From a virus (lineage: Duplodnaviria; Caudoviricetes): a stretch of DNA of 30,978 nucleotides. A model generated the notes under the pieces. The model was not told the origin of the DNA, did no database searches, and saw only the letters and a program-made list of their open reading frames with translations. Numbering within the stretch: the stretch's first letter is position 1; the number at the start of each line of letters is the position of its first letter. This document shows, one piece after another, positions 1-6,936 of this stretch. The stretch covers positions 1 to 30,978 of IMG/VR virus record IMGVR_UViG_3300048856_000116, one strand, 5' to 3'. Both the position numbers and the translations under genes were made by a program.

Positions 1-195
1 ATGCCACTCAGATCGCTGTACGACGGAAATGCTGAAACCGCTTACGCGACCGAAGCCGACATGATCGAGTTTCACGCACGGGTGATTGCGATTACTGAAG
101 ACCTTCCGATCGCGGACGCGCGCCGGCGAGCGCGTACGGATGCCGAGGGTGCCTATCTAACGGCGCCTGCCGCCGGGTCGGACCCGCGGACCTAA
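1..195 (+). CDS. Hypothetical protein (64 aa)
   Basis: ORF starts at the window edge, has plausible composition and is followed by a hairpin. Confidence 0.5.
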   Translation: MPLRSLYDGNAETAYATEADMIEFHARVIAITEDLPIADARRRARTDAEGAYLTAPAAGSDPRT

Positions 196-202
196 GCGAC
201 GA

Positions 203-236
203 AAGCCGCCGCCACCCGGTGAGGGGCGACGGCGGC
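203..236 (-). repeat. GC-rich hairpin repeat copy 1 (terminator-like on - strand)
   Basis: AAGCCGCCGCCACCCGGTGAGGGGCGACGGCGGC; 13-bp stem with G-U pairs on the - strand followed by UUUC. Confidence 0.7.
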
Positions 237-423
237 TGGCGGCACGATAAGATTTCCGACGCGAAATGTGGCATCAGTCCTTGCGCATCGGGTCTAGCTT
301 CAGGCACCGACTGCAAGGGTCGACGCTTTTAGCCTTTCGTCGAATTCGTTTGTTTCCAAAGGCTTGCGTACGGTCCTGACGCTGGCGTCTATTGAGCTTC
401 TAAGGCAGCTTACTTTGCCGCCC

Positions 424-759
424 ATGCGGAAACAAAGTGAGCGCGCCATGGCTTCTAGTTCAGACCTTCCCGCCGCCGTCAAAAATCGAGGCCAGGACTC
501 ACTGAGAGCCACGAGCGACGTCGAGCTGGTCAGAATGCTGGAGGACTGTGCGCGCTGGTCAGTCAATGCGGCGGCATTCCGCTTGGGTCTCTCTACGCCG
601 TCCGCCCTCGTGCTATGGCGCGTCCACATGAAAGCGGAGGAGGAATTGGTCGCAGAGACCGTACTTCAAATCGTTGGTGAGATGAGAAACCGAATGTTCG
701 ATCGACACCAGGATACCACGCGGCCTACGGCGGTGAGCAAGCCGCCGCCACCCTGGTGA
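424..759 (+). CDS. Hypothetical protein between the hairpin repeats (start uncertain: 364, 424 or 448)
   Basis: ORF 364..759; no recognisable motif; its 3' end runs into hairpin copy 2. Confidence 0.45.
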   Translation: MRKQSERAMASSSDLPAAVKNRGQDSLRATSDVELVRMLEDCARWSVNAAAFRLGLSTPSALVLWRVHMKAEEELVAETVLQIVGEMRNRMFDRHQDTTRPTAVSKPPPPW

Positions 760-773
760 GGGGTGACGGCGGC
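739..773 (-). repeat. GC-rich hairpin repeat copy 2; likely terminator of the late/lysis operon
   Basis: AAGCCGCCGCCACCCTGGTGAGGGGTGACGGCGGC, 2 differences from copy 1; 26 bp downstream of the last lysis-module gene. Confidence 0.7.
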
Positions 774-799
774 ACGGGTAGTTGCAGCGATGTAGGCGG

Positions 800-1153
800 C
801 TACGGCGGCCCACGCATGCGCTTCAGCTCCTCGACCATACGCTTCAGCTCGAGCGCGTCGAAGGCCTGCCTTGCTGCCTCCTCAGCGTCTTGTTCCCGAG
901 CGTCCTCCTCGAGCCGGTCGATCAGCTTATTGACGGCCATGGTGAGCGACGCGAGGGTCTGCACAAGGGCATCGGTCGTCATGCGTTCCGTCGTCGGCTG
1001 GACGGCCATCATCACGCCGACCTTGGCGTTGTCGGCCCGATCCTGAGACCCGGCCTTCAGTCCAAGCTTCGCCACGAATGCAGCCATCGCGGTGCCCACG
1101 ATGCCGGCAACCCACATCGCCCATTCGGGAGGGGTAACGGAGGGATCTGCCAT
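800..1153 (-). CDS. Membrane-anchored coiled-coil protein of the lysis module
   Basis: N-terminal hydrophobic helix (WAMWVAGIVGTAMAAFVAKLGL), E/R/K-rich helical C-terminus; abuts upstream stop (TAA-ATG). Confidence 0.8.
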   Translation of the reverse strand: MADPSVTPPEWAMWVAGIVGTAMAAFVAKLGLKAGSQDRADNAKVGVMMAVQPTTERMTTDALVQTLASLTMAVNKLIDRLEEDAREQDAEEAARQAFDALELKRMVEELKRMRGPP

Positions 1154-1597
1154 TTAGCCAACCGATGCATGGGGAGATGCACCCGAGCGTCGGTCGCGCA
1201 TGATCCAGTAGAGACTGTAGAGCGCGAGGAGCGAGATCAGCCCGTAGTTGCTGATGCCCGTCGAGAGGACGCCATTGGCCTGGAAGGAATAGAAGAACCC
1301 GACCGCCAGGAGGCCGTAGACCATAGCGCCGGCGAAGGCGCAGAGTGCTCGGATTGGCGACGTCACGCTTTCCATCGAGCCGTTGACGATCAGGCCAATG
1401 ATCCACAACAAGCCGCATGCCCCGACGATGGCCCCCGTCCGATCTTCGCCGACGCGGGAGAAGGCTTGGAACGCGGGCGACGTGAAGGTCTCGCTCGGGT
1501 GCAAAAGCGTTGCTCCCCAGGCGAACATGTTGGCGGCGCAGAACCACTCGGACGCGCGCCCGCGGAAACGCCTCGCAAGACGGACGAGGATCAGCAT
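1154..1597 (-). CDS. Multi-pass (~4 TM) membrane protein of the lysis module, 147 aa
   Basis: Start MLILVRLARRF at 1597 overlaps the holin stop (TGATG); four hydrophobic segments. Confidence 0.8.
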   Translation of the reverse strand: MLILVRLARRFRGRASEWFCAANMFAWGATLLHPSETFTSPAFQAFSRVGEDRTGAIVGACGLLWIIGLIVNGSMESVTSPIRALCAFAGAMVYGLLAVGFFYSFQANGVLSTGISNYGLISLLALYSLYWIMRDRRSGASPHASVG

Positions 1598-1953
1598 CAG
1601 CTCGACCCTCCCCTGATCCGCGCCATCAGCGCGTCGAAGTCCGGCGACGCCGGCGCCAGCTTCTCCTCGACCACGGCTTTCACCGCCGCGGCGCCGACGG
1701 ACGGGCTCACCTGGGATTCGGACGAGTGTCCGGCGGCCGCGACGATGTCGTTGTCGATCTTGGCGATCAGTTCCTTCGCCGGCTGCGGCACCAGGTACTC
1801 GACCGCCTTGCCGATCGCGAAGGCCAGCCCTGCGGTGATCTCGATCGGGATGTCGGCGCCGGCATAGATGTTCAGCGCCTGGACGATCAGCCAAGCCAGA
1901 ACCATGGTCAGGCCGCCGGCCCATACCTTGCGGTCAGGAATCCACTTCGACAT
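1597..1953 (-). CDS. Putative holin
   Basis: 118 aa with two N-terminal hydrophobic segments, directly downstream of the endolysin. Confidence 0.65.
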   Translation of the reverse strand: MSKWIPDRKVWAGGLTMVLAWLIVQALNIYAGADIPIEITAGLAFAIGKAVEYLVPQPAKELIAKIDNDIVAAAGHSSESQVSPSVGAAAVKAVVEEKLAPASPDFDALMARIRGGSS

Positions 1954-1954
1954 G

Positions 1955-3016
1955 TCAGGCCGCCTTTCTACGACGCAGCAGCTCGGCCGCGCCCGCTTCG
2001 ATCATGGTGAGGATCTGCTCGTCGTTGAAGGCGGGAGCGGTGGCTGGTGCCGACGGCTTTTCGACCGGCCCGGGCACCGGGGCGGGCGCAGGCTCAGACA
2101 CCACAACCGCCGCCGGCGCGGCGACCACGACGACCGGCGCCGTCTGCAGCGCAGCCGACAGCGCCGCCACCGTCTTGATCCCAGCCCAGCCGTCGACCGC
2201 CAGGCCGCGCGACTTTTGAAACGCCCGCACCGCAGCCTCTGTCGCCGCGCCGAAGTCGCCGTCGAGCCTGCTGGCGTAGAACCCGGCATCGCGCAGCTGC
2301 TCCTGCAGCGCATTCACCGTCTCGCACTTGTCGCCGCGGCTCAGCGCCACCGGCGAGGCGTCAATCGCCGCGTTCTCGTTCGCCGCCACGATCGCGCCGG
2401 CCGGGGACCAGGGCGTGTCCTTGATCTTCGACCACTTCGCATAGGCCGTGGCCAGCTTCAGGTGGTAGCGGTTCTTGGCATAGCCTGGCCCGTTGTAGCC
2501 GCTGGCGAAGCCGGACCAGTCGTGCCGGCGGATGTCGTCATCGAGCCCGGCCGCGATGATGAAGGCGACCATCGCCTCGAGGTGCGTCTCGGCATCGTCG
2601 AGGAAGTCAGGGACCATCGCCTGCGGTGAAGCGAAGCCGGCCATGGCGAAGTTCTCGCCGAGGATCTGGCCGAGCCCCCACGACGCGGCCTTCAGCGCCG
2701 CAGTCTCATCGATGGCCATGGCCTGCAGCAGCCGGGGATAGCTGTCGGCCGGATAGGGCTTCGTGCCCCACTTCGGATAGGCGAGCCCTGCGGCGACCGC
2801 TTTGTCACGCGCGGCGCCAGCCAGGTTGCGGTAGAAGACGTGCGGCTCGAACAGCATCTTCGGCCGCCCCTGGCGGTCCCAAGCGCCACCCGACGCCTCT
2901 ACGTCGATGACCGCGTGCATCTCGTCTTCACCGACGCCAATCCGCGCGCCGAGCTTCGGCAGGTCGATGTCGTCGAGCGGCTTCGCGGCTCCCTTGAAGC
3001 CTCGGAAGTCGGTCAT
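1955..3016 (-). CDS. Endolysin: N-acetylmuramidase (DUF3380) + peptidoglycan-binding domain + Pro/Ala-rich tail
   Basis: VEASG, LFEPHVF, ASWGLGQILGEN, FASGYNGPGY motifs; PG_binding_1-like LQEQL..DGDFG..T..AVRAFQ...GL.VDG; RBS CAGGAGAG before ATG 3016. Confidence 0.92.
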   Translation of the reverse strand: MTDFRGFKGAAKPLDDIDLPKLGARIGVGEDEMHAVIDVEASGGAWDRQGRPKMLFEPHVFYRNLAGAARDKAVAAGLAYPKWGTKPYPADSYPRLLQAMAIDETAALKAASWGLGQILGENFAMAGFASPQAMVPDFLDDAETHLEAMVAFIIAAGLDDDIRRHDWSGFASGYNGPGYAKNRYHLKLATAYAKWSKIKDTPWSPAGAIVAANENAAIDASPVALSRGDKCETVNALQEQLRDAGFYASRLDGDFGAATEAAVRAFQKSRGLAVDGWAGIKTVAALSAALQTAPVVVVAAPAAVVVSEPAPAPVPGPVEKPSAPATAPAFNDEQILTMIEAGAAELLRRRKAA

Positions 3017-3038
3017 TGGTCTCTCCTGTGGCAGACAT

Positions 3039-3062
3039 AAAAAAGGCCCGCGTTGGCGGGCC
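3039..3062 (-). terminator. Rho-independent terminator upstream of the endolysin
   Basis: - strand GGCCCGC-CAAC-GCGGGCC-TTTTTT. Confidence 0.8.
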
Positions 3063-3112
3063 GTTCGGGTCGTGCGGGAAGTGCGATAGGCGCGGGGAGG
3101 CTCACGCAAGCA

Positions 3113-3231
3113 AAGATGCGGATAAAGTCTGACCAGTGTGTCGGCGTGCCCGCTGATATCTCGCTGAAGCAGGACCGAAGCGGCGATGGCGGCTACAGGC
3201 GGGCATCGCCGCTTCCACCTCACTGCATCTT
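3113..3231 (+). ncRNA. Candidate structured RNA (three-way junction), unassigned
   Basis: Manually found nested stems with G-U pairs on the + strand; see findings. Confidence 0.35.
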
Positions 3232-3399
3232 AATGCGCGCCGCTTAGAGCGGGCGAGTGGTCGCGAGTGTCATGAGTCGGGTGAGGTTCGAGCCCGAGAA
3301 AGATGATCTGGCCGGTACAAAGGCAGAACCTTCAGGCAACCGGTCTACAGACAATCAGCGAGAACGGGATATCTCCAATACTGACAATCCCGCCCACGG

Positions 3400-3771
3400 C
3401 TACAGCGTCGCGGCGAAGGTCCAGAACTCGTCGAGTGCCTCGTCGTCCCAGCCGTAGAGCGAGCCGATGAGGCCGGCGAGCGCGTTGTTCCGCTCGTAGA
3501 TCGTCGCGCCGCGGATCAGCATCTTGGCGCCGAACTGCTGCTCCGCCGGAAGCTGCTCGATCAGCGCCAGCATGGCCGCCGGGATGATGCCAGGGCCGAC
3601 AGCGTCGAGCGCTTCGTCTTCGGTGATGTGGCCGCGGATCGCCAGCGCTTGGAAGAACTGACGGTCAGAGACAGGCGGGAGCGGCGTAATGACGATCGGG
3701 TTTGGGACTTCCGGCCCTAGAAAATCGTCCGGCACTTCTTGCTCGATTTCATCCATATAAACCTTAATCAT
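3400..3771 (-). CDS. Tail-fibre-associated (chaperone-like) protein
   Basis: Coupled to the fibre stop (TGATG); VSDRQFFQAL...LDEFWTFAATL pattern typical of genes following fibres. Confidence 0.7.
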   Translation of the reverse strand: MIKVYMDEIEQEVPDDFLGPEVPNPIVITPLPPVSDRQFFQALAIRGHITEDEALDAVGPGIIPAAMLALIEQLPAEQQFGAKMLIRGATIYERNNALAGLIGSLYGWDDEALDEFWTFAATL

Positions 3772-4874
3772 CAGAAGCACTCCGCCATAATATTGGTTGA
3801 AGGCGTGAACGCTGCACCTTCTGAAAGCTGCAGAATTGCATGAGTTGGAGCGCCGCCAGTTCTAGACCAGCCGTTGTACAACTCATACGATGATGCGCCA
3901 CTTGTCGAGAAGCCCGCACTCCATGCCATCATCTTGGCGAGGCCCGACGAGAAAAAATCTACCCGTGCATCAAAGGTAGAAAAAAGAACGGCATCGTTCG
4001 CCGCGACAAGGCATTTGAAGTAACTCTGAATTAAGTCACCAGAGCCGGCTACCGTGCTCCCTACATGGTAAAAGCTTGCTGCACTGTAGTCTGTAGCGGC
4101 AGCTTTATACGTAGCACCGCCATCATAGCTCAGACGCATAAATCCAAAGGCCGACAATACGGACGGCTTGGCAACGCCAGTAACACGAAGGCTTTTCGAA
4201 CCTGCTGGGATAGGGATGATGACGCCGGAGACATTCGACGCCGGACTATACGGGAACCCAGGGCAAGGCTTCCATCCGAGGTTTTCCTGCGCGACCAGCG
4301 TAGCTCGAGCTTGGGCGGCGTTCGCTGCATTGAGGGCCAACTGCTCCATGAATGTGCTGACATTGACGCCGCCTACCAGCATCTTCCCCAGGAGGGTGTT
4401 ATCGATAGCAAGGGTCAGTGCGGAACCAGTCCAGCCGATATTGGTCTTGTTCGCGAACTGCCCCGGCCCTCCGCCCTGCTGAATTGGAGTAAAGCCGATC
4501 GGAGCCGCGGCACCGAGCGTGTTGCGTGCGGCGGCTTGATCCGCATCATCGAGCAGCGACTGGATGAACGGGCTGACGCCTTGCAACTGCGCCACGAGCT
4601 GCGCCAGACGAGCATTCGCAGTTGTCGCGTCCGCAGCGCCGGATCGCCCGATCGAGATCGCATAGCCGCCGGTCCCTGTGGCGCCGGCCCACGGATAGGC
4701 AAGCGTCAACTGGGTCGCGCTGTCGACCGAGAGGATGGGGATCATCAGGCCAAGGCGCGAGAAATCACCGCCGTTCACGATGCCGATGTTCCATGCGGTG
4801 CCAGTACCGGTGACGACGGCGCTTCCGGCCGTCACCGTCGCCGTGCCGGTGGTATAGGGAGGCTGCGCTGCCAT
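3771..4874 (-). CDS. Tail fibre / receptor-binding protein
   Basis: N-terminal YTTGTATVTAGSAVVTGTGTAW anchor, GFTPIQQGGG..Q..NK..IGW fibre motif, AT-richer C-terminal domain. Confidence 0.8.
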   Translation of the reverse strand: MAAQPPYTTGTATVTAGSAVVTGTGTAWNIGIVNGGDFSRLGLMIPILSVDSATQLTLAYPWAGATGTGGYAISIGRSGAADATTANARLAQLVAQLQGVSPFIQSLLDDADQAAARNTLGAAAPIGFTPIQQGGGPGQFANKTNIGWTGSALTLAIDNTLLGKMLVGGVNVSTFMEQLALNAANAAQARATLVAQENLGWKPCPGFPYSPASNVSGVIIPIPAGSKSLRVTGVAKPSVLSAFGFMRLSYDGGATYKAAATDYSAASFYHVGSTVAGSGDLIQSYFKCLVAANDAVLFSTFDARVDFFSSGLAKMMAWSAGFSTSGASSYELYNGWSRTGGAPTHAILQLSEGAAFTPSTNIMAECF

Positions 4875-5239
4875 TATGAAATCCTCTCGATGATGGCGTT
4901 GATGGCGAGCGGGGATGCCGCGGCGTCGATAGCGGCTTGTGCCGCCTGGCGCTGTGTCTCGATGGCGGCGATCTCGGCGGCGGCCTCGCCCGCCTTGGCC
5001 AACACCACCGCGGCGAGGTCGCTTTCAGCCAGTCCTCGCTGCTTGGCCTCTGCAGCCAGCAGCGGCGATGTCGCGATAGCGCCGGCCAGCAGTCGTCCCG
5101 CTTCGGCCGCCTTGAGCGAGCGCACCGAAGCAGCAGGGGACATCAGAGCGGCGATCCTCGGCAGGAACACGGCATCCAGTGCCGCCCTGCCCCGCGCGCG
5201 CTCGGCGGCCATGTCCCGGCGCAGAGTGACGACGGTCAT
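4874..5239 (-). CDS. Hypothetical tail-associated helical protein
   Basis: Start MTVVTLRRD at 5239 (ATGA overlap); Ala-rich. Confidence 0.7.
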   Translation of the reverse strand: MTVVTLRRDMAAERARGRAALDAVFLPRIAALMSPAASVRSLKAAEAGRLLAGAIATSPLLAAEAKQRGLAESDLAAVVLAKAGEAAAEIAAIETQRQAAQAAIDAAASPLAINAIIERIS

Positions 5240-5646
5240 CGCGCGGACACCGTCGCCGACCACGGCAGATAGGGCCATTGGTCGATGCGGATCTCGTAAT
5301 CCCCCGGCATATCGCTGACGAGATCGAGGCGGCCATCGCCGATGACGTGTGTCTCGCCGTTGATCAGGACCGTGCAGGGCCGCGGCAGGCCGGTGATGGT
5401 CGCCAGGCGCTTTCCGTCCGCCTTGATCGCGGTCCGTGAAAGGTGGATCTCCAGCAGCGGGCGAACCTGCTCCTCTTCGGTGGCGGGGTCGACCCAGATG
5501 TCGGCGGCCGTCTTGTCGGCCATCCATGCGTCCGGCACCCGCTTCACGTTGAAGCCGAAGGACCGGACGCGCTCGACATAGGTATCGTCGACCGGCTCAT
5601 GCATCATGTTCTGCACGAAGCCGGTTTCGCTGTAGACGAGAAACAT
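5236..5646 (-). CDS. Hypothetical tail-associated protein (beta-rich C-terminus)
   Basis: Start MFLVYSETG at 5646 (TGATG overlap). Confidence 0.75.
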   Translation of the reverse strand: MFLVYSETGFVQNMMHEPVDDTYVERVRSFGFNVKRVPDAWMADKTAADIWVDPATEEEQVRPLLEIHLSRTAIKADGKRLATITGLPRPCTVLINGETHVIGDGRLDLVSDMPGDYEIRIDQWPYLPWSATVSAR

Positions 5647-6005
5647 CAGAACTGCCTGTTCTTGAAGATGACATAGCGGATGCGGTTCATGACCGCCGGC
5701 ATGAACAGGAACAGGATGGTCTTCTCCTGATTCACGTAGGAGGTGATCGATGCCGCATCCTCGGCGGAGTACTCCGGCGACGTCGCATTGCGCATATAGA
5801 TGAGCGGCATGTAGCCGGGCTCCGGCAGGGGTATCTGCGCCGTGTAGGATGTCGACCCCGGCCGCGTGACGATGCCGGACACAGCCGGGATCAGCCCACC
5901 CGCCGCCTCGGAGAAGATCAGGTCGAACTCGCCGGCACTGAGGACATTGACGCCCGGCTTCGAGACACGGAACATGCCAGGAGCGATGCGGATACGTTCG
6001 GCCAT
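5646..6005 (-). CDS. Small tail-tip protein, paralogue 3
   Basis: Start MAERIRIAPGMFRVSKPG at 6005 (TGATG overlap). Confidence 0.75.
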   Translation of the reverse strand: MAERIRIAPGMFRVSKPGVNVLSAGEFDLIFSEAAGGLIPAVSGIVTRPGSTSYTAQIPLPEPGYMPLIYMRNATSPEYSAEDAASITSYVNQEKTILFLFMPAVMNRIRYVIFKNRQF

Positions 6006-6475
6006 CAGCGGTCCGCCGGGATATTGAGCACCGACACCCGGATGGCGACGCGCGAGAACGCTGGGTCGCTGTCTCGGACATAGGTGTAGAACAGCTCGAC
6101 GCTGTCGCCGGCGGGCGCATACTGGACCGTGGCGAAGCGATAGGTGGTGACGCCCCCTTCGACGCCCACCACCGTCATCATGCAGATCGGCGGGAAAGGC
6201 AGCGCCCGGGGAAAGACGAAGCGGGCGTAGCCTTCCGTGAAATAGCGGGTGACGCCGGAATTGGCCGGGACGCCGGGATAGTTCGGCGGCGCGGTGGTCT
6301 GCCCGAACGTCCGGGTCTGCATCTCGACCGTCGCCTCGAAAAGGATCTGCGCCAGCCTCACGTCCGTGGAGAACAGCAGCCGCGCGGCGGGGCTGGTGAC
6401 ATCCTGCCCCACGACCGATATCGACGCCCCGAAGCCGAGGCGTGATCTCGCGCCCATCTCGAGCCGGCGGGTCAT
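6005..6475 (-). CDS. Small tail-tip protein, paralogue 2
   Basis: Start MTRRLEMG at 6475 (ATGA overlap). Confidence 0.75.
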   Translation of the reverse strand: MTRRLEMGARSRLGFGASISVVGQDVTSPAARLLFSTDVRLAQILFEATVEMQTRTFGQTTAPPNYPGVPANSGVTRYFTEGYARFVFPRALPFPPICMMTVVGVEGGVTTYRFATVQYAPAGDSVELFYTYVRDSDPAFSRVAIRVSVLNIPADR

Positions 6476-6936
6476 ACCGCATAGACCTGGTAGGACCAGG
6501 CGCCGGGATAGCGGACGTAGCGATCCGGCGCGGTCTCGGCGAGCGCGCGCACCCGCGTCAGGGCATTGATCGTCGTGTCGACAACCCAATGGCGCGCATC
6601 AAGCAGCGGCCCGTGGACGAATTGGTTACGAGCCCCCCAGCCCCCATTGTAGAAAGCGACGCTGCGCGTGGCGGCATAGGTGGTCGTGACCAGATAGTCC
6701 CGCACCGCAAAGAAGGCGGGCAGGACAATGACGTGCTGCCCAGATGACTGAGTGCGGTCGGGGTTGCCATTGTAGGCCGGCGCTGGGTCGAGGTAGTACC
6801 CGCTCGCCAGCAGCGTCCCGGTGAAGCCCCAGTCGCTATCGAAGATCTTGCCTTCGTCGGGCATCGAGGGGCTGGCATTGTACCCGGCCTTCGACACCAG
6901 GACGCGGCCGGGCGTGATGAGCGTGCGAACGGCCAT
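6472..6936 (-). CDS. Small tail-tip protein, paralogue 1
   Basis: MAVRTLITPGRVLVSKAG; coupled to the central fibre stop. Confidence 0.75.
   Translation of the reverse strand: MAVRTLITPGRVLVSKAGYNASPSMPDEGKIFDSDWGFTGTLLASGYYLDPAPAYNGNPDRTQSSGQHVIVLPAFFAVRDYLVTTTYAATRSVAFYNGGWGARNQFVHGPLLDARHWVVDTTINALTRVRALAETAPDRYVRYPGAWSYQVYAV

Noticed and set aside
3113-3231. Hammerhead ribozyme, c-di-GMP riboswitch or retron msr-msd identity for the structured segment
   Set aside because: CUGANGA/GAAA core and riboswitch consensus not matched; no reverse transcriptase in the window
3278-3300. GGTTCGAGCCC resembling a tRNA T-loop
   Set aside because: No paired T-stem, acceptor stem or cloverleaf around it
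3771-4874. Diversity-generating retroelement or invertible fibre cassette
   Set aside because: No RT, no TR/VR pair, no invertase or flanking inverted repeats seen
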